The position numbers were made by a program, and so were the translations under genes. From IMG/VR virus record IMGVR_UViG_2684622552_000002: a DNA stretch of 27,680 bases, one strand, 5' to 3'. Below are positions 7,289 through 20,212 of this stretch, piece after piece. Origin of the DNA: a virus (lineage: Duplodnaviria; Heunggongvirae; Uroviricota; Caudoviricetes). The notes under the pieces were generated by a model. That model worked only from the letters and a program-made list of their open reading frames with translations, made no database searches and had not been told where the DNA came from. The stretch's first letter is position 1; each line of letters begins with the position of its first letter.

Positions 7289-7312
7289 TAGCTCGCTACG
7301 GCGAGCTTTTTA
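7289..7312 (+). terminator. Rho-independent terminator closing the lipoprotein cassette
   Basis: agctcgc-tacg-gcgagct hairpin followed by TTTTT. Confidence 0.6.
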
Positions 7313-7415
7313 TATTGCATCGTCTCCAGCATATATATCAATTAAGGCTCTGATTGATGTGTCTGAAAGCCTACACATAATAACTATGCCATCCGTTCCG
7401 TGCGGAGGTGAGGCT

Positions 7416-7631
7416 ATGAAATCCATGGACAAAATTTCAACAGGCATTGCCTACGGCACCTCCGCAGGCAGTGCTGGCTACTGGTTTTTACAGCTGCTCG
7501 ATAAAGTCACACCCTCACAGTGGGCAGCAATAGGTGTGCTGGGTAGCCTGGTATTTGGCCTGCTGACGTACCTGACAAACCTTTATTTCAAGATTAAAGA
7601 AGATAAGCGCAAGGCTGCGAGAGGTGAATAA
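7416..7631 (+). CDS. S: Class II holin (phage 21 S-type pinholin) with dual-start motif MKSM, 71 aa
   Basis: [26 protein letters not shown]...[17 protein letters not shown] matches the S21 pinholin; two in-frame Met codons (antiholin and holin starts). The GTG 7359 extension in the track is unlikely. Confidence 0.85.
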   Translation: MKSMDKISTGIAYGTSAGSAGYWFLQLLDKVTPSQWAAIGVLGSLVFGLLTYLTNLYFKIKEDKRKAARGE

Positions 7632-8128
7632 TGCCTCCATCATTACGAAAAGCCGTTGCTGCTGCTATTGGTGGCGGAGCAATTGCTATAGCATCAGTGT
7701 TAATTACTGGCCCAAGTGGTAACGATGGTCTGGAAGGTGTCAGCTACATACCATACAAAGATATTGTTGGTGTATGGACTGTATGTCACGGGCATACAGG
7801 AAAAGACATCATGCTCGGTAAAACGTATACCAAAGCAGAATGCAAAGCCCTCCTGAATAAAGACCTTGCCACGGTCGCCAGACAAATTAACCCGTACATC
7901 AAAGTCGATATACCGGAAACAATGCGCGGCGCTCTTTACTCATTCGTTTACAACGTGGGTGCTGGCAATTTCAGAACATCGACGCTTCTTCGCAAAATAA
8001 ACCAGGGCGATATCAAAGGCGCATGTGATCAGCTACGTCGCTGGACATATGCTGGCGGTAAGCAATGGAAAGGTCTCATGACTCGTCGTGAGATTGAGCG
8101 TGAAATCTGTTTGTGGGGTCAGCAATGA
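7631..8128 (+). CDS. R: SAR (signal-anchor-release) endolysin, T4-lysozyme-like glycoside hydrolase, 165 aa
   Basis: N-terminal Gly/Ala-rich weakly hydrophobic SAR segment ([20 protein letters not shown]) followed by a lysozyme core; start overlaps holin stop (TAATG). Confidence 0.9.
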   Translation: MPPSLRKAVAAAIGGGAIAIASVLITGPSGNDGLEGVSYIPYKDIVGVWTVCHGHTGKDIMLGKTYTKAECKALLNKDLATVARQINPYIKVDIPETMRGALYSFVYNVGAGNFRTSTLLRKINQGDIKGACDQLRRWTYAGGKQWKGLMTRREIEREICLWGQQ

Positions 8129-8586
8129 ACAGAGTAACCGCGATTATCTCCGCTCTGGTTATCTGCATCATCGTCTGCCTGTCATGGGCTGTTAATCATT
8201 ACCGTGATAACGCCATTACCTACAAAGCCCAGCGCGACAAAAATGCCAGAGAACTGAAGCTGGCGAACGCGGCAATTACTGACATGCAGATGCGTCAGCG
8301 TGATGTTGCTGCGCTCGATGCAAAATACACGAAGGAGTTAGCTGATGCGAAAGCTGAAAATGATGCTCTGCGTGATGATGTTGCCGCTGGTCGTCGTCGG
8401 TTGCACATCAAAGCAGTCTGTCAGTCAGTGCGTGAAGCCACCACCGCCTCCGGCGTGGATAATGCAGCCTCCCCCCGACTGGCAGACACCGCTGAACAGG
8501 ATTATTTCACCCTCAGAGAGAGGCTGATCACTATGCAAAAACAACTGGAAGGAACCCAGAAGTATATTAATGAGCAGTGCAGATAG
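8125..8586 (+). CDS. Rz: Rz i-spanin (inner-membrane spanin subunit), 153 aa
   Basis: [20 protein letters not shown]-terminal TM anchor plus coiled-coil periplasmic domain; ATG overlaps the R stop (ATGA). Confidence 0.85.
   Translation: MNRVTAIISALVICIIVCLSWAVNHYRDNAITYKAQRDKNARELKLANAAITDMQMRQRDVAALDAKYTKELADAKAENDALRDDVAAGRRRLHIKAVCQSVREATTASGVDNAASPRLADTAEQDYFTLRERLITMQKQLEGTQKYINEQCR
8345..8527 (+). CDS. Rz1: Rz1 o-spanin lipoprotein embedded in the +1 frame of Rz, 60 aa
   Basis: [20 protein letters not shown] lipobox plus proline-rich mature region ([16 protein letters not shown]), matching lambda Rz1. Confidence 0.85.
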   Translation: MRKLKMMLCVMMLPLVVVGCTSKQSVSQCVKPPPPPAWIMQPPPDWQTPLNRIISPSERG

Positions 8587-8617
8587 AGCTGCCCATATCG
8601 ATGGGCAACTCATGCAA

Positions 8618-8911
8618 TTATTGTGAGCAATATACACGCGCTTCCAGCGGAGTATAAATGCCTAAAGTAATAAAACCGAGCAATCCATTTACGAATGTTT
8701 GCTGGGTTTCTGTTTTAACAACATTTTCTGCGCCGCCACAAATTTTGGCTGCATCAACAGTTTTCTCCTGTCCAATTCCCGAAACGAAGAAGTGATGGGT
8801 GATGGTTTCCTTTGGTGTTACTGCTGTCGGTTTGTTTCCAACAGTAAACGTCTGTTGAGCACATCCTGTAATAAGCATTGCCAGAGCGGCAGAAAACAAC
8901 ATTTTTTTCAT
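8618..8911 (-). CDS. bor: Bor lipoprotein (serum-resistance, Iss-like), 97 aa
   Basis: Minus-strand translation MKKMLFSAALAMLITGCAQQTF...EARVYCSQ; the upstream extension in the track is not needed. Confidence 0.9.
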   Translation of the reverse strand: MKKMLFSAALAMLITGCAQQTFTVGNKPTAVTPKETITHHFFVSGIGQEKTVDAAKICGGAENVVKTETQQTFVNGLLGFITLGIYTPLEARVYCSQ

Positions 8912-9270
8912 CTTATTATCCTGCATTGTTAAAAACGGCAGAATCCTATGTGACAACAATTAAACGATAGTTAAATGGATTGATGAAAATTAAAACTATA
9001 TAGGTGGATGCTCAGCCTATTGGAGGAGGGGGGCACTCAGAATCCTGTGGAATGAAATAAACCGCTCTTTCTGTCCATTACCCTTTTAGCTGCGCTGTAT
9101 CGTCGCCGTATTCCCGCATTAACCATGACCGTAGCCCGACGGGGAATTCCTTCTGCGTGAGTGTGCGGGAATAATCAAAAACGATGCACACCGGGTTTTA
9201 CTGTGCTGACAGACGCAGGGTTACCCTCATAGTCGCTTTTCCGGTGCGATGGTGGAAGAAACCGGGATGT

Positions 9271-9465
9271 TTATTCATCATCACTTTGGATTGATGTATA
9301 TGCTCTCTTTTCTGACGTTAGTCTCCGACGGCAGGCTTCAATGACCCAGGCTGAGAAATTCCCAGACCCTTTTTGCTCAAGAGCGATGTTAATTTGTTCA
9401 ATCATTTGGTTAGGAAAGCGGATGTTGCGGGTTGTTGTTCTGCGGGTTCTGTTCTTAGTTGACAT
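9271..9465 (-). CDS. ylcI: YlcI-like small protein (DUF3950 family), 64 aa
   Basis: 64-aa basic N-terminus MSTKNRTRRTTTRNIRFPNQMIEQINIALEQKG...; matches from memory the small ylcI-type protein found near bor in lambdoid prophages. Confidence 0.55.
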   Translation of the reverse strand: MSTKNRTRRTTTRNIRFPNQMIEQINIALEQKGSGNFSAWVIEACRRRLTSEKRAYTSIQSDDE

Positions 9466-9559
9466 GAGGTTGCCCCGTATTCAGTGTCGCTGATTTGTAT
9501 TGTCTGAAGTTGTTTTTACGTTAAGTTGATGCAGATCAATTAATACGATACCTGCGTCA

Positions 9560-9853
9560 TAATTGATTATTTGACGTGGTTTGATGGCGTAGATGCACGT
9601 TGTGACATGTAGATGATAATTATTATCATTTTGCGGGTCCTTTCCGGCGATCCGACAGGTTACGGGGCGGCGACCTCGCGGGTTTTCGCTATTTATGAAA
9701 ATTTTCCGGTTTAAGGCATTTCCGTTCTTCTTCGTCGTAACTTAATGTTTTTATTTAAAATACCCCCTGAAAAGAAAGGAAACGACAGGTGCTGAAAACG
9801 AGCTTTTTGGCCTCTGTAGTTTCCTTTCTCTGTTTTTGTCCGTGGAATGAACA
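9560..9853 (+). other. cos site: cosQ, cosN (12-nt cohesive end GGGCGGCGACCT at 9665-9676) and cosB (terminase/IHF binding region) of lambda type
   Basis: Sequence ...ccgacaggttacg|gggcggcgacctcgcgggttttcgctatttatgaaaattttccggtttaagg... matches the lambda right-end/left-end junction almost base for base; gpNu1 R-element-like repeats (aaaggaaacgac, gtttcctttct) lie between cosN and the Nu1 ATG. Confidence 0.85.
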
Positions 9854-10373
9854 ATGGAAGTCAACAAAAAGCAGCTGGCTGACATTTTCGGTGCGAGTAT
9901 CCGTACCATTCAGAACTGGCAGGAACAGGGAATGCCCGTTCTGCGAGGCGGTGGCAAGGGTAATGAGGTGCTTTATGACTCTGCCGCCGTTATAAAATGG
10001 TATGCCGAAAGGGATGCTGAAATTGAGAACGAAAAGCTGCGCCGGGAGGTTGAAGAACTGCGGCAGGCCAGCGAGGCAGATCTCCAGCCAGGGACTATTG
10101 AGTACGAACGCCATCGACTTACGCGTGCGCAGGCCGACGCACAGGAACTGAAGAATGCCAGAGACTCCGCTGAAGTGGTGGAAACCGCATTCTGTACTTT
10201 CGTGCTGTCGCGGATCGCAGGTGAAATTGCCAGTATTCTCGACGGGATCCCCCTGTCGGTGCAGCGGCGTTTTCCGGAACTGGAAAACCGACATGTTGAT
10301 TTCCTGAAACGGGATATCATCAAAGCCATGAACAAAGCAGCCGCGCTGGATGAACTGATACCGGGGTTGCTGA

Positions 10374-10399
<26 letters not shown>
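9854..10399 (+). CDS. Nu1: Terminase small subunit gpNu1, 181 aa
   Basis: MEVNKKQLADIFGASIRTIQNWQEQGMPV... (winged HTH); first gene after cos; overlaps A. Confidence 0.95.
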
Positions 10400-14080
<3,681 letters not shown>

Positions 14081-14100
<20 letters not shown>

Positions 14101-15400
14101 TCTCCCGCATATTGCCAGCATGGCCTTTAATGAGCCGCTGATGCTTGAACCCGCCTATGCGCGGGTTTTCTTTTGTGCGCTTGCAGGCCAGATTGGGATA
14201 AGCCGCCTGACGGATGCGGTGTCAGGTGACAGCCTGACTGCCGGAGAGTCACCCGCGACGCTGGCGTTATCCGGTGATGATGACGGGCCACGACAGGCCC
14301 GCAGTTATCAGGTCATGAATGGCATCGCCGTGCTGCCGGTGTCCGGCACGCTGGTCAGCCGGACGCGGGCGCTGCAGCCGTATTCGGGGATGACCGGTTA
14401 CAACGGCATTATCGCCCGTCTGCAACAGGCTGCCAGCGATCCGATGGTGGACGGCATTCTGCTCGATATGGACACGCCAGGCGGGATGGTGGCGGGGGCA
14501 TTTGATTGCGCTGACATCATCGCCCGTGTGCGTGACATAAAACCGGTATGGGCGCTGGCCAACGACATGAACTGTAGTGCAGGTCAGCTGCTTGCCAGTG
14601 CCGCCTCCCGGCGTCTGGTCACACAGACCGCCCGGACAGGCTCCATCGGCGTCATGATGGCTCACAGTAATTACGGTGCTGCGCTGGAGAAACAGGGCGT
14701 GGAAATCACGCTGATTTACAGCGGCAGCCATAAGGTGGATGGCAACCCCTACAGCCATCTTCCGGATGACGTCCGGGAAACACTGCAATCCCGGATGGAT
14801 GCAACCCGCCAGATGTTTGCGCAGAAGGTATCGGCATATACCGGCCTGTCCGTGCAGGCTGTTCTGGATACCGAGGCTGCAGTGTACAGCGGTCAGGAGG
14901 CCATTGATGCCGGACTGGCTGATGAACTTGTTAACAGCACCGATGCGATCACCGTTATGCGTGAGGCACTGGATGCACGTAAATCCCGACTCTCAGGAGG
15001 GCGAATGACCAAAGAGACTCAATCAACAACTGTTTCAGCCACTGCTTCGCAGGCTGATGTTACTGATGTGGTGTCAGCGACGGAGGGCGAAAACGCCAGC
15101 GCGGCGCAGCCGGACGTGAACGCGCAGATCACCGCAGCGGTTGCGGCAGAAAACAGCCGCATCATGGGGATCCTCAATTGTGAGGAGGCCCACGGACGCG
15201 AAGAACAGGCACGCGTGCTGGCAGAAACCCCCGGTATGACCGTGGAAACGGCACGCCGCATTCTGGCCGCAGCACCACAGAGTGCACAGGCGCGCAGTGA
15301 CACTGCGCTGGATCGTCTGATGCAGGGGGCACCGGCACCGCTGGCTGCAGGTAACCCTGCATCTGATGCCGTTAACGATTTGCTGAACACACCAGTGTAA
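14081..15400 (+). CDS. C: Head maturation protease/scaffold gpC (S49 peptidase family), 439 aa, GTG start
   Basis: Track ORF 13946..15400 is over-extended; the lambda-type start is GTG 14081 (VTAELRNLPHIASMAFNEPLM...), overlapping the end of B. Confidence 0.9.
14795..15400 (+). CDS. Nu3: Scaffolding protein gpNu3, in-frame internal start within C
   Basis: Internal ATG at 14795 (MDATRQMFAQKVSAYTG...) in the C frame, as for lambda Nu3. Confidence 0.65.
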   Translation: MDATRQMFAQKVSAYTGLSVQAVLDTEAAVYSGQEAIDAGLADELVNSTDAITVMREALDARKSRLSGGRMTKETQSTTVSATASQADVTDVVSATEGENASAAQPDVNAQITAAVAAENSRIMGILNCEEAHGREEQARVLAETPGMTVETARRILAAAPQSAQARSDTALDRLMQGAPAPLAAGNPASDAVNDLLNTPV

Positions 15401-15409
15401 GGGATGTTT

Positions 15410-15742
15410 ATGATGAGCAAAGAAACCTTTACCCATTACCAGCCGCTGGGCAACAGTGACCCGGCTCATACTGCAACCGCGCCTGGCGGATTGAGTGCGA
15501 AAGCGCCTGCAATGACCCCGCTGATGCCGGACACCGCCACCCGTAAGCTGGTTGCGTGGGATGGCACCACCGACGGTGCTGCCGTTGGCATTCTGGCGGT
15601 TGCTGCTGACCAGACCAGCACCACGCTGACGTTCTACAAGTCCGGCACGTTCCGTTATGAGGATGTGCTCTGGCCGGAGGCTGCCAGCGACGAGACGAAA
15701 AAACGGACCGCGTTTGCCGGAACGGCAATCAGCATCGTTTAA
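15410..15742 (+). CDS. D: Capsid decoration protein gpD, 110 aa
   Basis: [39 protein letters not shown]... matches lambda gpD; start chosen by lambda analogy (an in-frame ATG also exists at 15404). Confidence 0.9.
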   Translation: MMSKETFTHYQPLGNSDPAHTATAPGGLSAKAPAMTPLMPDTATRKLVAWDGTTDGAAVGILAVAADQTSTTLTFYKSGTFRYEDVLWPEAASDETKKRTAFAGTAISIV

Positions 15743-15797
15743 CCTGACCCTTCATCACTAAAGGCCGCCTGTGCGGCTTTTTTTACGGGATTTTTTT

Positions 15798-16823
15798 ATG
15801 TCGATGTACACAACCGCCCAGCTGCTGGCGGCAAATGAGAAGAAATTTAAGTTTGATCCGCTGTTTCTGCGTCTCTTTTTCCGTGAGAGGTATCCCTTCA
15901 CCACGGAGAAAGTCTATCTCTCACAAATTCCTGGACTGGTAAACATGGCGCTGTACGTTTCGCCAATTGTTTCCGGTGAGGTTATCCGTTCCCGTGGCGG
16001 CTCCACCTCTGAATTTACGCCGGGTTATGTCAAGCCGAAGCATGAGGTGAATCCGCAGATGACCCTGCGTCGCCTGCCGGATGAAGATCCGCAGAATCTG
16101 GCGGACCCGGCTTACCGCCGCCGTCGCATCATCATGCAGAACATGCGTGACGAAGAGCTGGCCATTGCTCAGGTCGAAGAGATGCAGGCAGTTTCTGCTG
16201 TGCTTAAGGGCAAATACACCATGACCGGTGAAGCCTTCGATCCGGTTGAGGTGGATATGGGCCGCAGTGCGGCGAATAACATCACGCAGTCTGGCGGCAC
16301 GGAGTGGAGCAAGCGTGACAAGTCCACGTATGATCCGACCGACGATATCGAAGCCTATGCGCTGAACGCCAGCGGTGTGGTGAATATCATCGTGTTTGAT
16401 CCGAAAGGCTGGGCGCTGTTCCGTTCCTTCAAAGCCGTCAAGGAGAAGCTGGATACCCGTCGCGGATCTAATTCCGAGCTGGAGACAGCGGTAAAAGACC
16501 TGGGCGAAGCGGTGTCCTATAAGGGGATGTATGGCGATACGGCGATCGTCGTGTATTCCGGACAGTACGTGGAAAACGACGTCAAAAAGAACTTCCTGCC
16601 GGACAACACGATGGTGCTGGGGAACACTCAGGCACGCGGTCTGCGCACCTATGGCTGCATTCAGGATGCGGACGCACAGCGCGAAGGCATTAACGCCTCT
16701 GCCCGCTACCCGAAAAACTGGGTGACCACCGGCGATCCGGCGCGTGAGTTCACCATGATTCAGTCAGCACCGCTGATGCTGCTGGCTGACCCTGATGCGT
16801 TCGTGTCCGTACAACTGGCGTAA
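15798..16823 (+). CDS. E: Major capsid protein gpE, 341 aa
   Basis: MSMYTTAQLLAANEKKFKFDPLFLRLFFRE...; the track extension from 15771 is not needed. Confidence 0.95.
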   Translation: MSMYTTAQLLAANEKKFKFDPLFLRLFFRERYPFTTEKVYLSQIPGLVNMALYVSPIVSGEVIRSRGGSTSEFTPGYVKPKHEVNPQMTLRRLPDEDPQNLADPAYRRRRIIMQNMRDEELAIAQVEEMQAVSAVLKGKYTMTGEAFDPVEVDMGRSAANNITQSGGTEWSKRDKSTYDPTDDIEAYALNASGVVNIIVFDPKGWALFRSFKAVKEKLDTRRGSNSELETAVKDLGEAVSYKGMYGDTAIVVYSGQYVENDVKKNFLPDNTMVLGNTQARGLRTYGCIQDADAQREGINASARYPKNWVTTGDPAREFTMIQSAPLMLLADPDAFVSVQLA

Positions 16824-16864
16824 TCATGGCCCTTCGGGGCCATTTTCTCTCCGTGGAGGAGTCC

Positions 16865-17263
16865 ATGACGAAAGATGAACTGATTTCCCGTCTTCAGGTA
16901 CTGGGTGAGCAACTGAACCGTGATGTCAGCCTGACGGGGACGAAGGAAGAACTGGCGCTCCGTGTGGCAGAGCTGGAAGAGGAGCTTGATGACTCGGATG
17001 ACACTTCCGGCCAGGACACGCCTGTCAGCCCGGAAAATGCGCTGACCGGGCATGAAAATGAGGTGGTATCAGAGCCGCCGGATACCGTAATTCAGGATAC
17101 GGCTGATCTGGTCACGGTCGTGGCACTGGTGACGCTGCATACCGATGCACTTCACGCCACACGGGATGAGCCTGTGGATTTTGTGCTGCCGGGAACAGCG
17201 TTCCGTGTCTCTGCCGGTGTGGCAGCCGAAATGACAGAGCGCGGCCTGGCCAGAATGCAATAA
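16865..17263 (+). CDS. FI: DNA-packaging protein gpFI, 132 aa
   Basis: MTKDELISRLQVLGEQLNRDVSLTGTKEELALRVAELEEELDD...; ATG at 16865 inside track ORF 16826..17263. Confidence 0.85.
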   Translation: MTKDELISRLQVLGEQLNRDVSLTGTKEELALRVAELEEELDDSDDTSGQDTPVSPENALTGHENEVVSEPPDTVIQDTADLVTVVALVTLHTDALHATRDEPVDFVLPGTAFRVSAGVAAEMTERGLARMQ

Positions 17264-17274
17264 CGGGAGGCGCT

Positions 17275-17628
17275 GTGGCTGATTTCGATAACCTGTTCGA
17301 TGCTGCCATTGCCCGCGCCGATGAAACGATACGCGGGTACATGGGAACGTCAGCCACCATTACATCCGGTGAGCAGTCCGGCGCAGTAATACGTGGTGTT
17401 TTTGATGACCCTGAAAATATCAGCTATGCCGGACCTGGCGTGCGTGTTGAAGGCTCCAGCCCGTCCCTGTTTGTCCGGACTGATGATGTGCGGCAGCTGC
17501 GGCGCGGAGACATGCTGACCATCGGTGAGGAAAACTTCTGGGTAGACCGGGTTTCACCGGATGATGGCGGAAGCTGTCATCTCTGGCTGGGGCGGGGTGT
17601 GCCCCCTGCCGTTAACCGTCGCCGCTGA
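17275..17628 (+). CDS. FII: Head-tail connector protein gpFII, 117 aa
   Basis: GTG start; MADFDNLFDAAIARADETIRGYMGTSATITSGEQ.... Confidence 0.85.
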   Translation: MADFDNLFDAAIARADETIRGYMGTSATITSGEQSGAVIRGVFDDPENISYAGPGVRVEGSSPSLFVRTDDVRQLRRGDMLTIGEENFWVDRVSPDDGGSCHLWLGRGVPPAVNRRR

Positions 17629-17639
17629 AAGGGGGATGT

Positions 17640-18218
17640 ATGTCCATAAAAGGTCTTGAGCAGGCCGTTGAAAATCTCAGCCGTATCAGCAAAACGGCGG
17701 TGCCCGGTGCCACCGCAATGGCCATTAACCGCGTTGCTTCATCCGCGATATCGCAGTCGGCGTCACAGGTTGCCCGTGAGACAAAGGTACGCCGGAAACT
17801 GGTAAAGGAAAGGGCCAGACTGAAAAGGGCCACGGTCAAAAATCCGCAGGCCAGAATCAAAGTTAACCGGGGGGATTTGCCCGTAATCAAGCTGGGTAAT
17901 ACGCGGGTTGTCCTGTCCCGACGCAGGCGACGCAAAAAGGGGCAGCGTTCATCCCTGAAAGGTGGCGGCAGCGTGCTTGTGGTGGGCAATCGTCGTATTC
18001 CCGGCGCGTTTATTCAGCAACTGAAAAATGGCCGGTGGCATGTTATGCAGCGTGTGGCCGGAAAAAACCGTTACCCCATTGATGTGGTGAAAATCCCGAT
18101 GGCGGTGCCGCTGACCACGGCGTTTAAACAGAATATTGAGCGGATACGGCGTGAACGTCTTCCGAAAGAGCTGGGCTATGCGCTGCAGCATCAACTGAGA
18201 ATGGTAATAAAGCGATGA
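17640..18218 (+). CDS. Z: Tail completion protein gpZ, 192 aa
   Basis: Size and order as lambda Z; MSIKGLEQAVENLSRISKTAVPGA.... Confidence 0.9.
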   Translation: MSIKGLEQAVENLSRISKTAVPGATAMAINRVASSAISQSASQVARETKVRRKLVKERARLKRATVKNPQARIKVNRGDLPVIKLGNTRVVLSRRRRRKKGQRSSLKGGGSVLVVGNRRIPGAFIQQLKNGRWHVMQRVAGKNRYPIDVVKIPMAVPLTTAFKQNIERIRRERLPKELGYALQHQLRMVIKR

Positions 18219-18610
18219 AACATACTGAACTCCGTGCAGCCGTACTGGATGCACTGGAGAAGCATGACACCGGGGCGACGCTTTTTGATGGTCGCCCCGC
18301 TGTTTTTGATGAGGCGGATTTTCCGGCAGTTGCCGTTTATCTCACCGGCGCTGAATACACGGGCGAAGAGCTGGACAGCGATACCTGGCAGGCGGAGCTG
18401 CATATTGAAGTTTTCCTGCCTGCTCAGGTGCAGGATTCAGAGCTGGATGCGTGGATGGAGTCCCGGATTTATCCGGTGATGAGCGATATCCCGGCACTGT
18501 CAGATTTGATCACCAGTATGGTGGCCAGCGGTTATGACTACCGGCGCGATGATGATGCGGGCCTGTGGAGTTCAGCTGATCTGACTTATGTCATTACCTA
18601 TGAAATGTGA
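18215..18610 (+). CDS. U: Tail terminator protein gpU, 131 aa
   Basis: [48 protein letters not shown].... Confidence 0.9.
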   Translation: MKHTELRAAVLDALEKHDTGATLFDGRPAVFDEADFPAVAVYLTGAEYTGEELDSDTWQAELHIEVFLPAQVQDSELDAWMESRIYPVMSDIPALSDLITSMVASGYDYRRDDDAGLWSSADLTYVITYEM

Positions 18611-18617
18611 GGACGCT

Positions 18618-19358
18618 ATGCCTGTACCAAATCCAGCAATGCCGGTGAAAGGTGCCGGGACCACACTGTGGGTTTATCAGGGGAACGGTGACCCTTATGC
18701 GAACCCGCTTTCAGACGTTGACTGGTCGCGTCTGGCTAAAGTTAAAGACCTGACGCCCGGCGAACTGACCGCTGAGTCCTATGACGACAGCTATCTCGAT
18801 GATGAAGATGCGGACTGGACTGCGACCGGGCAGGGGCAGAAATCTGCCGGAGATACCAGCTTCACGCTGGCGTGGATGCCCGGAGAGCAGGGGCAGCAGG
18901 CGCTGCTGGCGTGGTTTAATGAAGGGGATACCCGTGCCTATAAAATCCGCTTCCCGAACGGCACGGTCGATGTGTTCCGCGGCTGGGTCAGCAGTATCGG
19001 TAAGGCGGTGACGGCGAAGGAAGTGATCACCCGCACGGTGAAAGTCACCAACGTGGGACGTCCGTCGATGGCAGAAGATCGCAGCACGGTAACAGCGGCA
19101 ACCGGCATGACCGTGACGCCTGCCAGCACTTCGGTGGTGAAAGGGCAGAGCACCACGCTGACCGTGGCATTCCAGCCGGAAGGCGCAACCGACAAGAGCT
19201 TCCGTGCGGTGTCTGCGGATAAAACAAAAGCCACCGTGTCGGTCAGTGGTATGACCATCACCGTGAAAGGTGTTGCTGCAGGCAAGGTCAACATTCCGGT
19301 TGTATCCGGTAATGGTGAACTTGCTGTGGTTGCAGAAATCACCGTCACCGACAGTTAA
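18618..19358 (+). CDS. V: Major tail tube protein gpV with C-terminal Ig-like (Big_2) domain, 246 aa
   Basis: [36 protein letters not shown]...; ATG at 18618 (track start 18588 over-extended). Confidence 0.95.
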   Translation: MPVPNPAMPVKGAGTTLWVYQGNGDPYANPLSDVDWSRLAKVKDLTPGELTAESYDDSYLDDEDADWTATGQGQKSAGDTSFTLAWMPGEQGQQALLAWFNEGDTRAYKIRFPNGTVDVFRGWVSSIGKAVTAKEVITRTVKVTNVGRPSMAEDRSTVTAATGMTVTPASTSVVKGQSTTLTVAFQPEGATDKSFRAVSADKTKATVSVSGMTITVKGVAAGKVNIPVVSGNGELAVVAEITVTDS

Positions 19359-19373
19359 TCCGGAGAGTCAGCG

Positions 19374-19796
19374 ATGTTCCTGAAAACCGAATCATTTGAA
19401 TATAACGGTGTGAGCGTCACGCTTTCTGAACTGTCAGCCCTGCAGCGAATTGAGCATCTCGCCCTGCTGAAACGACAGGCAGAACAGGCGGGATCCAGTC
19501 TCAATCGACAGGTGAGCGTGGAAGATCTCGTCAGAACCGGTGCTTTTCTGGTGGCGATGTCCCTGTGGCATAGCCATCCGCAGAAGACAAAGATGCCGTC
19601 CATGAATGAAGCCGTTAAACAAATTGAGCAGGAAGTGCTTACCACCTGGCCCACAGAGGCAATTGCTCAGGCTGAAAATGTGGTAATGCGTCTGTCCGGT
19701 ATGTCTGAGTTTGTTGTGAATGATGCACCTGAACAGGCAGATGACGCCGGGCCAGCAGAGCCTGTTTCTGCGGGAAAGTGTTCGACGGTGAGCTGA
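19374..19796 (+). CDS. G: Tail assembly chaperone gpG, 140 aa
   Basis: MFLKTESFEYNGVSVTLSELSALQRIEHLALLKRQAEQAGS...; ends just after the slippery site. Confidence 0.9.
   Translation: MFLKTESFEYNGVSVTLSELSALQRIEHLALLKRQAEQAGSSLNRQVSVEDLVRTGAFLVAMSLWHSHPQKTKMPSMNEAVKQIEQEVLTTWPTEAIAQAENVVMRLSGMSEFVVNDAPEQADDAGPAEPVSAGKCSTVS
19772..19778 (+). other. Programmed -1 ribosomal frameshift slippery heptamer GGGAAAG producing the gpG-T fusion
   Basis: GGGAAAG lies 6 codons before the G stop; the -1 frame is open from here to 20212 (the T ORF), the conserved tape-measure chaperone arrangement. Confidence 0.85.
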
Positions 19797-20212
19797 GTTT
19801 TGCCCTGAAACTGGCGCGTGAGATGGGGCGACCCGACTGGCGCGCCATGCTTGCCGGGATGTCATCCACGGAGTATGCCGACTGGCACCGCTTTTACAGT
19901 ACCCATTATTTTCATGATGTTCTGCTGGATATGCACTTTTCCGGGCTGACATATACCGTGCTCAGCCTGTTTTTCAGCGATCCGGATATGCATCCGCTGG
20001 ATTTCAGTCTGCTGAACCGGCGCGAGGCTGACGAAGAGCCTGAAGATGATGTGCTGATGCAGAAAGCGGCAGGGCTTGCCGGAGGCGTCCGCTTTGGCCC
20101 GGACGGGAATGAGGTTATCACCGTTTCCCCGGATGTGGTGGATATGACAGAGGATGACGTAATGCTGATGACAGTCTCAGAAGGGATCGCAGGAGGAGTC
20201 CGGTATGGCTGA
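19778..20212 (+). CDS. T: gpT portion of the G-T frameshift fusion chaperone (expressed only via -1 frameshift from G)
   Basis: Track ORF 19778..20212 in the -1 frame relative to G; no independent RBS. Confidence 0.85.
   Translation: MFDGELSFALKLAREMGRPDWRAMLAGMSSTEYADWHRFYSTHYFHDVLLDMHFSGLTYTVLSLFFSDPDMHPLDFSLLNRREADEEPEDDVLMQKAAGLAGGVRFGPDGNEVITVSPDVVDMTEDDVMLMTVSEGIAGGVRYG

Noticed and set aside
5193-7415. Shiga toxin genes (stxA/stxB) at the tRNA-to-holin slot
   Set aside because: No ORF here resembles an A subunit (about 315 aa) or B subunit (about 89 aa); the slot is occupied by the orphan ORF and the TolA-like lipoprotein pair instead.
8699-8932. 77-aa plus-strand ORF overlapping bor
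   Set aside because: Antisense to the well-supported bor lipoprotein gene.
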